Positions 28,030 through 40,749 of a stretch of 64,000 nt of DNA are shown in pieces. Every line of letters begins with the position of its first letter. Within the stretch, counting starts at the first letter, position 1. Source of the DNA: the human T2T-CHM13v2.0 reference genome, Homo sapiens. Under the pieces are notes generated by a model. The model was not told the DNA's origin. It made no database searches and saw only the letters and a program-made list of their open reading frames with translations. Position numbers and translations under genes: made by a program. The stretch lies in assembly GCF_009914755.1 (NCBI RefSeq), contig NC_060947.1; one strand, written 5' to 3'.

Positions 28030-28205
28030 GAATAAGGGGTAAGTGGAGTTCATCATATCTACCAGCTTTAGATATGAGTTACTCTTTAGCTATGAGTTAC
28101 TCTTTAGCTATGAGTTACTCTTTAGCTATGAGTTACTCTTTAGATATGAGTTACTCTGTAATATTAAAGCTGGTAGATATGATTAACTCCACTTACTCCT
28201 TATTC
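28030..28205. repeat. 41-bp inverted repeat enclosing 5 x 18-bp tandem repeat
   Basis: Arms 28030-28070 and 28165-28205 (2 mismatches). Units CTTTAG(A/C)TATGAGTTACT at 28066-28155. Confidence 0.95.
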
Positions 28206-28399
28206 CATGTTACAGTCCCATCTCTTTTCTCCTCTGAGCAGTCTCTCTGGGCCTCCTGAAGTCACAATTAGCTAAATTTAGGAGCCAATTTGGGCTGATG
28301 TGTTAATAAGAAAAGGCAATAGGTCCTATCTCCCTTCCCAAAGGGCATATGTGCATGTAAATGGTGCTTGGAAGAGCACTTTCTTTAACTCTGCTAATT

Positions 28400-28675
28400 A
28401 GATAAAAAATGAGTTCTACTACTCAGTGGTTAAATACCCAGACTACGGTCTTAAGCTATTGGATTCAGATCTGGATCTATAATTGCTCTTATGACCTTAG
28501 ACACACTACTTACTCCTTTGTGTGCTCTGGTTTCCACATATGCTAAGTGAGAGTAATAATAGCTAACATTTATTAAGCACTTAGTATGTGCAGAGGCTAT
28601 ACATGTATAATCTCGTTTAATCCTCGTAACACTTCTATGAGATAGGTATCCTTATTTTCACATATGAGAAAACTA
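28400..28675. mobile_element. Two MIR fragments in opposite orientation
   Basis: CAGTGGTTAAA..TGACCTTAGAC..GGTTTCCACATATG..AATAATAG, then ATTTATTAAGCACTTAGTATGTG..TTAATCCTCGTAACA..ATGAGAAAACT. Confidence 0.65.
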
Positions 28676-28759
28676 TTATTATTTTATCTATTCTCAAGAT
28701 CTTAGAATAATTTTACCTAGCATTTATTTATTTTTTCTTTTTCCCAGATCTTGGAGATT

Positions 28760-29105
28760 TATTTATTTATTTATTTACTTACTTACTTACTTTTGTTTTA
28801 GGTTCAGGGGTACATGTGAAGGTTTGTTATATAGATAAACTCATGTCATGGGGGTTTGGTGTACAGATTATTTCATCACCCAAGTATTAAGCCTAGTACC
28901 CAATAGTTATTTTTTCTAATTCTCTCCATCCTCTCACCCTCTACCCTCAAGTAGACCTCAGTGTCTTTTGTTCCCTTCTTTGTGTTCATGAGTTCTCATC
29001 ATTTAGCTCTCACTTATAAGCGAGAACCTGTGATATTTGGTTTTCTGTTCCTGTGTTAGTTTGTTAAGGATAATAGCCTCTAACGCCATCCATGTTCCTT
29101 CAAAA
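28760..29105 (-). mobile_element. 5'-truncated L1PA15/16-like 3' end
   Basis: (TTTA)n tail, then GGTTCAGGGGTACATGTGAAGGTTTGTTA..AAACTCATGTCATGGGGG..CACTTATAAGCGAGAAC. Confidence 0.85.
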
Positions 29106-29114
29106 TCCACTAAG

Positions 29115-29405
29115 TAGCATTTATTAAACACTTATTATGTTCTAACAATTATGCTAAGTGCTTTATACACATCTTCTCATTTAATCTTCATAACTGCTGA
29201 ATACATTTTCTGAATTATATAACAAGTGAATTATTCTAGTCTCAGTTTCTCCATTAGCAGATCAGGGATAATAGTAGTACTCACCTTATAAAGTTGGGAT
29301 AGAAATTTTACAACCTCAAAAAGCTGTTGTGAAGGTAAAATGAGGTAATATGGGTAAAGTATAGCTTAAGCACATAGTATGTGCTGCATAAATAGTAGTT
29401 ACTAT
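29115..29405. mobile_element. MIR fragments
   Basis: GCTAAGTGCTTTATACACATCTTCTCATTTAATCTTCA and TCTCAGTTTCTCCATT..GGGATAATAGTAGTAC..TTGTGAAGGTAAAATGAG. Confidence 0.6.
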
Positions 29406-29432
29406 TTTAATTCTATGCTTTACTTTCTCTGG

Positions 29433-29790
29433 GCATCTTAGTTCAGGTTGCTGTAGCAGAATAGCATATATTGGGGGGCTTATAAACAACAAACATTTAT
29501 TTTTCACAGTTCTGGAGGCTGGGAAGACCAAGATAAAGACACTAGCAAATTTGGTGTCTGATGAGGGCCCATGTCCTCATCCATTGCTATTTTCTGACTG
29601 TAACCTTACATAAGAAAGAGCAAGGGAACTCTTTTGCACCTTTTTAATAAGGGCACTAATCCCACACATAAGGGCTCCACCCTCATGGCCTAATCACTTC
29701 CCAAAGGTGCCATCTCCTAACACCATTGCCTTGGGGTTTAAGATTTCAACATATGAATTTTGAGGGGACACAAACATTCAGAATGTAGCA
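29433..29790 (-). mobile_element. MaLR solo LTR (MLT1A-like)
   Basis: GGCTTATAAACAACAAACATTTATTTTTCACAGTTCTGGAGGCTGGGAAG..AAGGGCACTAATCCCA..GGGGACACAAACATTCAG..TAGCA. Confidence 0.85.
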
Positions 29791-31064
29791 TTGTGTGCAA
29801 ACTGAATGTGACAATGATTACTTACCTCCACTTCTTGCACAGGACATTTTATTTTTCCACTGCCTACCTCTGTACAGACAAGCATTCCTCTGGAATGCTT
29901 ATTAATCTGAAAGAGGGGCCACACCTCACAACATCCACATGAACCCTTCACTTGTACAGTAGCTGCTGCATTTTCAGTAATGGATGCAATTTTTATTTAG
30001 TAGTAAACTTTATATAAAATAACTGAAGGTAAACATCTTCTGAGTATTCTAAGAACGAGTTATGGCCCTAGGACAATGTTGATGCAAACATTTATTGGAC
30101 CTACTGTAAGATATGACTCATGGAGTCAAATATGCTTGCTGTGTGTCAGATACCACAGTAAGATGTAGGACATAATAAGATGTATTTCTCTTCTATTCCT
30201 TTCACCCATCCTTTGAACTAGGTATTCACTTTCTACTTTGCAGAGCATAAAATGTAGACTTAGCTAGATTAAGTCACTTGCCTGACATCATAAAGTTTGT
30301 AAGTGGCTAGTAATTATATCAGACTCCAAAAGCTGAAGTGACCACTTTTCTTTCCTGTCCTTCCAGTCTTTACGTGATTTAAATCTACTTTCCTATATAT
30401 AGCACGTGCCAGTATAAACTCATAAATAAAATAAAACTTTTATCTTCTTTACAAAATAAAGGTATTAAAAAAGTTTCATTCTCAAACATTGACAGAGAAT
30501 ACTGTCAGGATTCATTTTCAGGACTATGAATTATGTATCACAAAATAACAGGTTTTTGTTGTTATTCTATAATATTAAGATTTAATTTATTATGTCTTAG
30601 TCTTCTAAGTGGATCCTTAGGCTTATGAAATAATCTTTGAAAAGATAGTTTTATGTTTAAATATGTTTGGAAAATTCTTCATACTATATTCCTTATTGAA
30701 GTTTAATAGTATATATTAACGTTTTAAAATATTTAAGAAATCTTTCAGTAAAAGAATATGTTTTACTGTATGTGATTTGAAATATACTTAGACATGGAAA
30801 CATTTTTTTCACATAATACCTTTAATATCCCAAAGAATCTGTGTTGTGTATAACATATTTTGGAAAGGATTTACCTAATGTCATAGCAACAGTAAGGTAT
30901 TTCTTGGGAAGAAAGAAGACTGATGCAGAAAATAACTATAGGCTGTGATTCCTATAGGGAGATTTTGATTGGGAATAAGTTGAGCATATACTGTTTTCCT
31001 AATGTAGCTGTGCTCTCTTTACTGGCACCAATTTCTCCTAGTATGAAGAGGAATAATTATAAGT

Positions 31065-33260
31065 TATCTTCCATTGTGGCTAGAGAACATATTTTGTATA
31101 ATTTTAATTCTTTTAAATTCATTGGATTGTGTTTTATTGTCTCACATATGATCTATCTGGGAGAATGCTCCTTGTGTACTTGAGAAGAATGTGTATTCTG
31201 CTGTTTTTGGGTGAAATGTTCTATAGATATCTGTTAAGTATGATTAGTTTTAGTGTTGTTCAAATATTTTATTTCCTTGTTGATCTTCTTTCTAGTTATT
31301 CTACCCATTATTAAAAGTGAGGTATTTAAATCTCCAACTAGTTTTCTCTCATTCTCCCTTCAATTACATTAAGTTTTGCTTCATCTATTTTGGACCCTGT
31401 TGTTTGGTGCATATGTGTTTATAATTTTTATATCTTCTTGATAGAGTAACCCTTTTATCATGATAAAATATCCTTCTTTATCTCTATTAACAAGTTGTAT
31501 CTTAAAATAGATTTTGTCCGTTATTAGTATAGCAGCTCCAACTATTTTCTGGTTACTGTTTTCCTAGTACATTGTTTTCCATCCTTTTACCTTCAAACTA
31601 TTTGTCTTTGAATTTAAATTGTATATCTTGTAGACAGCAAATAGTTAAATAGTGTATTTTTTAAAAAATCCTTTCTGCCAAGCCCTACCTTTTAATTAGA
31701 CTGTTTAATCCATTTTCATTTAATGCAATTACTGATAAATGAGGATTTATGTCTACCATTTAACTACTTTTAAAAATTTTATGTCTTTTCCCCCTTTCTC
31801 CATTTCTGCCTTCTTTTGTGTTAAATAGGTATTTTCTGTTGTACTGTTTTAAATTTCCTTTTCATTTCTTTTGCTATATGTATTTTTTTACTTAATTTTT
31901 TTAATTTTGAAAATTTTCTTTAAAATCAGCAAATTAGTGTATTCCTACCCTGTTCCCCACTGCTACTCTGATTTGATTTTCTATTCCCTCCCATGCCTGC
32001 TACACCTATGTCACAGAGAGAAAGACAAAATTTCTTCATTCCAGGTTGGGCCACTACAAAACTTGCAACATTTCCCACAACTTGGTGTGCAATTGGAGAA
32101 GTGTTGATATTAAGTCCAATGTCTGGGCTTCCTCAATGACAGTTTTTATTGAATGCTTCTTTTCATGTTCCTGGGTCATATTTTCTTGTTTCTTTGCATG
32201 TCATTTTTTAAAATAAAAAACTAGAAATTTGAAATATGATAATGTAGCAGCTCTCGATATCAGATTTTCCACAGTTCCCAGGTTTTTTACTTTTTGCTGT
32301 TAGTCATTGTTCTTTGCTTGCTTAGCTACTTTTATGAACTAATTTTCAAAAGTCTACATCTTGTTGTATGTGGCCACTAAAGTCTCTGCCCAGTTAGATT
32401 AGTGGTCAGTTATTGTACCAAGAGCTTCTTAAATGCCTGCAAAATATACGTTTCTCAGTCTTTGCCAAGGAGCTCTGTATGTTTGTTGAGTCATGCCTTC
32501 AACACTCAGCTAAGCAGTTGAAAAGTCTGCTTTAATCTCCATTTCCTACTTGTACAGAGCCTCAACATCAACCAGTAGTGAGAAATAGGGTCTTTTCAGA
32601 TGTTTCTTGAGTATGCACACAGCCCTGAGCATGCACACAACCCTACGCACATGGACTTCTAGAGTCTCAGAAACGTGTCATAACTTTTCAAAGTTCCTAT
32701 GCACATCTCATTCAAAAGATTTTTCTTTAAACCTTTTTGGATAATCTATTATTTACCCCAACCGTTATCCTCTGTTCTTGACAACCCCAATGTTAAACAA
32801 TTTCTGTAATTGTTTTTGACCAAGCCACCTAAGGAAATTGATTTCATATTTTGTAAGCTCCTAAAAGGAAGACATCTTGTGAGTAGGATCTTTGGAAGAT
32901 TAAACAACAGGTAGAATAATAATAAGTCTCTTGGAATGGGGCTTAAAATGATCTCCAGTTCCATGTACCTCTTCCAGTGCCTGCCAAGCTGCTGGGTTTT
33001 ACTATGATTGTGAGATGGCAGTTTTCAATAGTAGTGCTGATCTGGGAAGGGGCAGATTAGACTAGAGTAAGTTAAAATACCATGAAACTTGCTGTTCTTA
33101 CTGTTTTATTGAATATATATGACAAGAATTGCTATAAGCTGTTGGTAAATTCCCAGAGTTGTGAAAAAGTTGTTTTGACAACATTTTGTCGGTGTTCTCA
33201 TTTCTTTATGGAGGTGATTTCATTGGAGGTTTGTGCACTGTAATTTTCACTAATATCACC
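31065..33260 (-). mobile_element. Old L1M (ORF2 endonuclease region, ORF1 and 5' region fragments)
   Basis: GGAGAATGCTCCTTGTGTACTTGAGAAGAATGTGTATTCTGCTG..TCTCCAACTA..TTTTCCATCCTTTTAC: antisense L1 endonuclease region. The extent past 32100 is less certain. Confidence 0.7.
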
Positions 33261-35494
33261 AGACTATATGATCTTTACCTTTTAGACCTGTTAGTATATG
33301 CAACTGAGACAACTGGCAATACATTGCATAAGAATGTTTTGTGGCCTTTTAAATTTGCCTAATATTCTTTTGACATGAGTATGAAATGCAGAATTGTCAT
33401 TGGGCTGTTTGTTAACTCTAGAATAAATAATCATTTACTTTAGCTTTGCAAGTAAGTATCAAACACTGAAGGTCTATAAATTAAAATTAAAGTGACAGAA
33501 TTTTCATTACCATAATGTCTTACCATAAGGCTAGGTTCTCAAGACTAGATAGCTACATGTGCAGAATTTAGATTTCTAAGGCTTAAAACATGAAATCACA
33601 AGAACTAATTTGGAGAACATTATGCTGTAATTACCTCAAGATGATTTGTTAAGAGTTAGCAATGTCCACATATAGTATCTATAAATGAACAGATAATTGG
33701 TTGGTTAAAATATGTTCTATATTTGTAATCTATAAAAAGGAAGGAGAAGTTTTTTTTACATTACAATACAAAAAGATCTTGGCATCACTCCTACACTGGT
33801 AATTTTATTATAAATTCAACTATGATTTTATGAATTATTAGAAAAAGTAAATAAAATAAAATTCCATAGTTGGATGATATTATTGAAAATATTGAATTTG
33901 AATGTGAATAAGAAAAACATTTTTAGAGATGTTAATAATTGCTTGTAGGAACTAATGGATCAGATCTGTCTCATAGAAAGTAAAACAAAAATATAGGTAG
34001 TCAGACGTCTGCAATTTACTTAGAGTAAATAATCGGACTTGACACCTCATCTTATTTGACTGCACAGTAAAACAAAGGCATTGTTCTCCAGTGAAACCAA
34101 TACTTAAGCTATATATACAATTTTTTAAAAGATTAGACCATTATTGTTTACCAACAGCAATGTCATTAAAAATGAATACACCCTTAAAAGAGAAGTGGCC
34201 ATATTTCTTACCTAGCTGAAGACTTAAAGAAAAAAAAAGCTTACCATCAATATGTTTTTTCCTGTTGTAACACCACACATTGCTGTGTTACAAATAGGAT
34301 TAAAGTATCCTGTATTGATTGCTTTTGTTTTTGAGACAAATGTTTAGTGAATGATATACAGGTTACCCATTCCTTCCATTATGCTCCTGGAATCAAATAA
34401 ACTGAGTATATGAGTTATGAAAGTAAAACTATGTAAATAAAAATGAATAAATGCATGAGAGTTGTAGTAATTATTTATATGTCAAAATTGGAGTTTTAAC
34501 AATATAAAGGAAAAAATTGCCTTTATTAGAGAAGTTTGTAGAGAAACATTCACATTCATTGTTAGATAATCAGTACTGTTAAGTATTGTGCAGTCTGTAA
34601 AAGTTTTTTTCCCCCCTGTGGGACAACAGTCTCCTTTCTAGATCCCTTCATCTCCCTGTTATCTATTTCTCCAGGGTTTTCAACTGGATTCCTCATTCTT
34701 CTTGATAGAGAAAAATAAATAGATGAATATTCTTACCTCTAAGACATTGGGAAATTTTAGTTCTCCCTTCCCAGGATGCTTGCATCTTAAGCAAATGGAT
34801 ATTTAACAGTGGGACTTCTGATATTCGTAGCCAACAAGCAGAGGAAAATGATTTTTTCAGGTGGTTTCTTTCCCAACCTCTTCAAATTTCAGTGCACAGT
34901 ATCACCTCCTACCCCAATTTATAAGAATCTACAGGTTTCAAAGAGAATACCTTTTACAAAAGATATATGGATATGGGCCCCAGGAAATTATGGAATGCAT
35001 GTTGAACTAAAATAGACAAATTTGTGGGAAGTCATTTCTAAAGTGTGATAATTGTACAATAAAATAACAGGTGTTCTAACAACATGAGCAGAGTTTATCC
35101 CTAGAATATTCTGGAAGAGATTTCAAAAGCAATTAATAGGTTGTGACATTTGTCAAATAATTTTCCAAAACAGTAAGGAGAAAAAGAATATTAAAAATAA
35201 TCACTTGCCTTTAGGACTAGTATTAAACATTCTATAGTTTTAGCTTTTAAGCAAAGAAATAAAGATAATATTTATGATTTTACGATAAATGTGATTAACC
35301 CAAAACATTGTAATAAAAGTGTGAATACTATATCTACTTAAACAGTTGACAGTGTCTTTTGCTTAGAAGAACGTTTTGTAAACTCTGGTCCATATACCTG
35401 AATATTTCCCAAAAAGTAGTTTTTCCAAGTTCTGTCAGACAACTAATTCAAATTGCCACAATTTATATATTTTTACACTTTCTACTTTGCTAAA

Positions 35495-37998
35495 GTTAGA
35501 TTTATTAAAGAATAATTTACTTGTAGTAAAAGTCTACCCGTTTAAATGTATAATTCAATTTGTTTGAGTAACAGGTAGCCATGCTTGTTGGTCACGTAAC
35601 CATGATCATTATGTAACCACCACTGAAATTAAGTTATAGAATATTTTCATCACTGTAAAAGTTTTCTTCATTCCCCTTTGTAAGTAATAACCTCACCTAC
35701 TTGAGCCCCTGATCTGATTTCTGTCTCTATAATTTTACATCTTCAGAAGGTAATATTAATGGAATGATACCTTGTGTAGATTTTTGTTTCTGGCTTCTTT
35801 CTTTTAGCATAATGCTTTTGAGATTCATCATTGTCATTGCATGAATCAGTAGTTTGTTTGATTTTTTTAAGTAGTATCCTGTTTTATTAATGCATCACAG
35901 TTTGTGCATTCATTCAACAACTGAACAACACTGGGTTATTCCCAGTTCGTAAGGGGCTATGTAGAGATTCAAACATAAGTCTTTGTGTGGGCATATGGAT
36001 AAATACACAGGACAAGGATTGCTGGGCAGTATGGTGAATATGACTATGTTTTACTTTGTAAGAATATTCCAAGCTCTTTTCCATAATATTTTTACTATCA
36101 CATATTTCCACCAACAATACATGAGAGTTTCAATTGCTCTACATTCTCACCAGCACTTGGTATTGTCAGTTTTTATAAAAATAAGCCAATATGTTCTTAA
36201 GGTTTATATTTGTATTTAACCAATGACTAATGATGGTGAGCATGTTTTCATATGGATTTTGGCCATCTATATCTTTTCTTTGATGAAGTGTCTATTCAAA
36301 TATTTTGCCTATTTTTATTGGGCTTTTTGAAAATCATTGAAGTGCACAAATTAGTAATCTATTTCAGATCTAAGTCCTTTATTAGAAATGTATTTCCAAG
36401 TATTTTATCCCAGTATGTGGCTTGTCATTTTGCTTTTTATTGTCATCTTTCAAAGAGTAGACGTTTAAAATTCAACAAATCACACACCGGGGCCTGTTGT
36501 GGGGTGAGGGGAGGGGGAAGGATAGCATTAGGAGATATACCTAATGTTAAATGAAGAGTTAATGGGTGCAGCACACCAACATGGCACATGTATACACATG
36601 TAACAAACCTGCACATTGTGCACATGTACCCTAAAACTTAAAGTATAATACAAAAATGAAAAAAGAAAAATAAAGTCATATGTCCATAAAAAGACTTGTC
36701 AAAAAACGACCATAGGAGGCTTATTTGTAATAACCTAATACTGTAAATATTCCAGGTGTACATCAAGAGTAGGATAGATAAACCCACCGTGTTAATCTAT
36801 ATAATGGGATATGATCCAACAATAAAAAAAATAATAAAATAAAATAAAATAAAATTCAACAAATATTTCTTCCAGCAATTGCACTTTTTGTGACTTTTCT
36901 GAGAGATCATTACCTAACTTAAGGTCACAAAGATTTTCTTCTATGTTTACACTAAAGGTTTTGTAGTTTTTGGTCTCATATTTAGGTTTATGAACCATAT
37001 TGAGTTAAATTTCATAGATGGTACAAAGTAAGGAAGTGAGGGCTGAGGTTTTTTTTTCAGTATGAATATTCAGTTCTTCTAGAATAATTTGTTCATAAGC
37101 CTATCCATTCTTCATTGAATATTTTGTAAACTTTATTGATAAGCAATTGACCATATATATGTGAGTCTATTTCTGGACTTTATTCCATTGATTTATATGT
37201 CTGTCCTCATGCCAACACCACACTATCTTGATTACTATACTTTCATAGGAAGTTTTAAATCAGGTACTATGAGCCCTCCACTTTGTTTTTCTTTATAATT
37301 TCTGTTTTGGCTATTCTAGGTTATTTACTTTTCCATATAAATTTTAGAATCAGCTTTTTCATTTCTACCAAAAAAGCCTACTGAGATTTTGTTAGGGATT
37401 ACATTAGATATATACATCATTTGGGGAAGAGTTGACATCTTAAACATATTGAGTTTTAAGATATACTAACATGATATATATCTCCATTTATATAGATCTT
37501 TAATTCTCTCACCTATGTTTCCTTAGTTTTCAGCATGAAAATATTTCACATATTTCTTACACATATCTTTCCTAAAGTATAACATAAGTTTATTCCATAA
37601 AATATGACGTTTTTCATGTTTTTAATGTTATTGTAAAAGGTACTTTTTATTTCATAAATTTGTATTATTTATTTTCCATTGTTTGTGTATAGAAATACAG
37701 TACTTTTTGTGTATTGATCCTGTGTCTTGTGATCTTACTATTATATTATTTTTAGTTTCTTTAATGTATATCTTTGATCTTTTCTATTTATGCAACTATG
37801 TCATCTTCAAATAAAGAGATTCTTATTTTTTTCTTCTCAATCTACATGTGTTTCATTTTTTTTCCTTGCCTATTGCAGTGGCCAGGTCTCATAGTATAAT
37901 ATTGAATAAGAGTGGTGAGAGTGTACATCCTTGACTTGTTCCCACATTTATGGGGAAATCATTAAGCCTTTCACTATGAAGGATGATTTCAGCTGTTA
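35495..37998 (-). mobile_element. Old L1MD/L1ME 3' UTR and ORF2 end (host of the L1PA insertion)
   Basis: CTGGCTTCTTTCTTTTAGCATAATGCTTTTGAGATTCATC..TTCCACCAACAATACATGAGAGTTTC..GAATAAGAGTGGTGAGAGTGTACATCCTTG. Continuous across the TSD at 36467-36864. Confidence 0.8.
36481..36850 (+). mobile_element. 5'-truncated young L1PA (PA3-5-like) 3' end plus 3'-transduced segment
   Basis: CACACACCGGGGCCTGTTGTGGGG..CCTAAAACTTAAAGTATAATA (36481-36650), A-rich tail, ~155 bp of extra DNA, second A-rich tail. TSD AAAATTCAACAAAT at 36467-36480 and 36851-36864. Confidence 0.9.
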
Positions 37999-37999
37999 A

Positions 38000-39000
38000 G
38001 TAATATCTCCTGGCAAATATGTGAAACTATCATAGCTCTCATCCAAGGTTGGCCAGAGTGTAAAATTGTGCAAACCTTTGGAAAAGCATCTGGCAGTTTC
38101 TTAGAAAGCCAAACTTATAGTCCAGCAATCCTACTCCTAGATATTTACATAAGAGAAATGAAAGAAGTATGTCCACGGAAAGACTTAGTTAAGAATATTC
38201 ATATACACTTTATTCATAATGCCTCCAACTAAATTAGAAACACTCCAAATGTCTGCCAATAAGTGAATGGATAAACAAACTATGGCATAGTTATATAATG
38301 GAATGCTACTCAAAAACAGAAAGAATGAACTTCTCATATAAGCAACAACATGGATGATTCCATGTACATAAGATTTGAGAACAAGCAATCTAATAGCTGT
38401 CTTTTTTTGGTTTTGGGGTTAAGAACTGAGTGGTAAGGGTTATTAGGAAATGTTCCAATATGTTTTTATAGGAGTTTGAGTTATGCAACTGTATGCATTT
38501 TTCAAAACTCAGAAAATATGCATTTAATATTTGTGCATGTCATTGCTTGTAAATTTTACCTTGTAGGAAATAAAATACAGTTGATGCTTGTGCAACCTGC
38601 ATTAGAACTGTGGAGATCCACTTATACATGGATTTTTTCCCACCTCTGCCACCCCTGAGACAACAAGACCAACTTCTCCTTTTCCTCCTCCTTCTCTTCC
38701 TTATGTGAAGAAGATGAGGATGAGGACCTTTATAATGATCCACTTCCACTTAAAGAATAGTAAATATATTTTCTCTCTTTTATGATTTTCTTAATAACAT
38801 ATTGATGTTTTAAATTTAACTTTAAATATGTAAATACATAAGATGGATTTATGATTGATTAGAAGGATAGATATGTAATACAACAAGCATAATTAAATGT
38901 TAGTGGTAAAATCTGAGTGGATGATATACAGGTGTTCATTGCACAATTTTTTCAACCCTTTCGTATGTTGGAAAATTTACATAATAAAACATTTTACAAA
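38000..39000 (+). mobile_element. L1ME-type 3' region, interrupted by Tigger2a
   Basis: CCAGCAATCCTACTCCTAGATATTTAC..AGAGAAATGAAA..GAATGGATAAACAAAC..GGTGTTCATTGCACAATT..TTTACATAATAAAA. Confidence 0.7.
38578..38802 (+). mobile_element. Tigger2a (MER28)-like DNA transposon, left part
   Basis: TA|CAGTTGA..TCCACTTATACATGGATTTT..CCTCTGCCACCCCTGAGACA..GATCCACTTCCACTTAA..TATGATTTTCTTAATAACAT. Right TIR absent. Confidence 0.85.
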
Positions 39001-40749
39001 CCAAGAAAAATAGGTATTTAAAACAACATAGAAAATATCTTGCCAGAATTTAAATTGTGGCACATCTGCACCTGGAATCCTGTGTTATGTTCTGATTACT
39101 CCATATTCATTAGGATATTTGGAACAAGAAAAGGTCAGTGAGAGTGACGCTAAAATGGTGTGAATTGATGTGGACTGCCATATGAATAAATAGCAAGCCA
39201 AGACTATCCAACTTGGAGCAGCAAAAGAAGAAATGATACGTAGTTCACAGCTATAAAATAATGAACATATGGACAAAGTTAATACGGATCTTGATGTGCT
39301 AACATATTTTAACAAATAAATTTGGAAAAATATAATTAATCCACAGATAATAGGTAAATACATGTAATACACCAAGAATTAACACTGTAAGAAATAGTGT
39401 ACTCAAACACAGTTCAGATAAATCTATGAATGATAGAGCTAGATGAGGCTACTTTAAAAAGATGGGAGATATATATATATAGACTTAAACTTGAAATTTG
39501 ACATCAGGTGAGACAACAGAATGCAAACAGTGCTGATTTATTTGGTTGGTTGGGTTTTTTTTAATCTACAGTTTTCACTGACATCTCTTCAGTGCCTTGA
39601 AAAATAATGAGCATATAGTAAATGCTAATTTTGTTGAATGAATGGATATATTCTTAGTAATAGAATATTTAGAAGTATAAACCAGGGTTACAACCTAGTA
39701 TAGCAAATTCTATTTCAGTATATATTTTTTTCTTTTGGGTCATCAGGTAAATTTCTGGGCACAGACAGAGAGAAATCATAGATTACCACTGTGGTATTAT
39801 TTGAAGAGTGCCAGAAGAAACACATCTACAAAGAAGTCTCAGCTGCAGAACTTATATTAAAATTTATATCACAACAAATCCTTTTGTTTAATATTCTGAA
39901 GGTTGTTTTAAAAATATACTCTTTGAAAAAAGTAGTTTTACATGTACTATCTCATTTAAACTTGATGACTTTACAAGCTAGATACTATTTTATAGATAAT
40001 GTATATGATAGCACTTCAGATTAGTTACCAGATTGTCCTAGGGAAAGCACAATCCTCCCAAAATATAACTGAGAAAATCAAAGAGAGGGAGATAGATAGA
40101 AGAAAAATAGCCAGGATATTTGGAAATGCAGTGAAATAAATGCTCATTTGAAATAACTAAGTGAAAATTCCTGAATAGCTGGCTTTCAGAATGGGAGTAT
40201 TTAAGTAAAAACAGGAGGAATACATTCATTAATACTTTTATAATCAGGTTTTTGTCTTCTAGCACTTTTCCTTGAACATAAAGGCAGCTCAGATAATTTC
40301 ATAAGTCTTTTCATCAATTTTTTTCTAGCAAATATGCATTCATATGGCTAAAATTCACAATATTTATAGATAAGTCAGATGAGGCACCTTATTTACAATA
40401 ATTGAAGGTATACTATATGTATAAACAACATTTCCTGGTAAACCTAATGATAGCTGGAGAAAGACCAAATTGTAATAAGACAGTGCAGAAAATTTCCTAT
40501 GGTCACTAAAACTATGTGTGAGTAATTACAGAAATTTAAAAAAATTACAGAAGAAAACAAAACAAAACACCTGAGTGTGCTTAACAACAACAAAAACCCC
40601 AGTACTTAAGAAGATTATTGTGTCAGAACAGTTCTCCCCACTTAAAAAAAAATATTCTCATGAAAATCATAAGAATCTTCAACCTTCCTATATGGTATTT
40701 GTAATTTAAAAATGAGTTAAATGTCAAGTTAAAAAAAGAAAAAATTGCA

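Noticed and set aside
28066-28155. CRISPR-like array or repeat protein (ORF MSYSLAMSYSLA..)
   Set aside because: Units are head-to-tail with no unique spacers, the context is eukaryotic, and the ORF only reflects an 18-bp period.
28790-29105. Apparent segmental duplication with 54270-54580
   Set aside because: Both are 3' ends of the same L1PA subfamily; similarity stops at the repeat boundaries.
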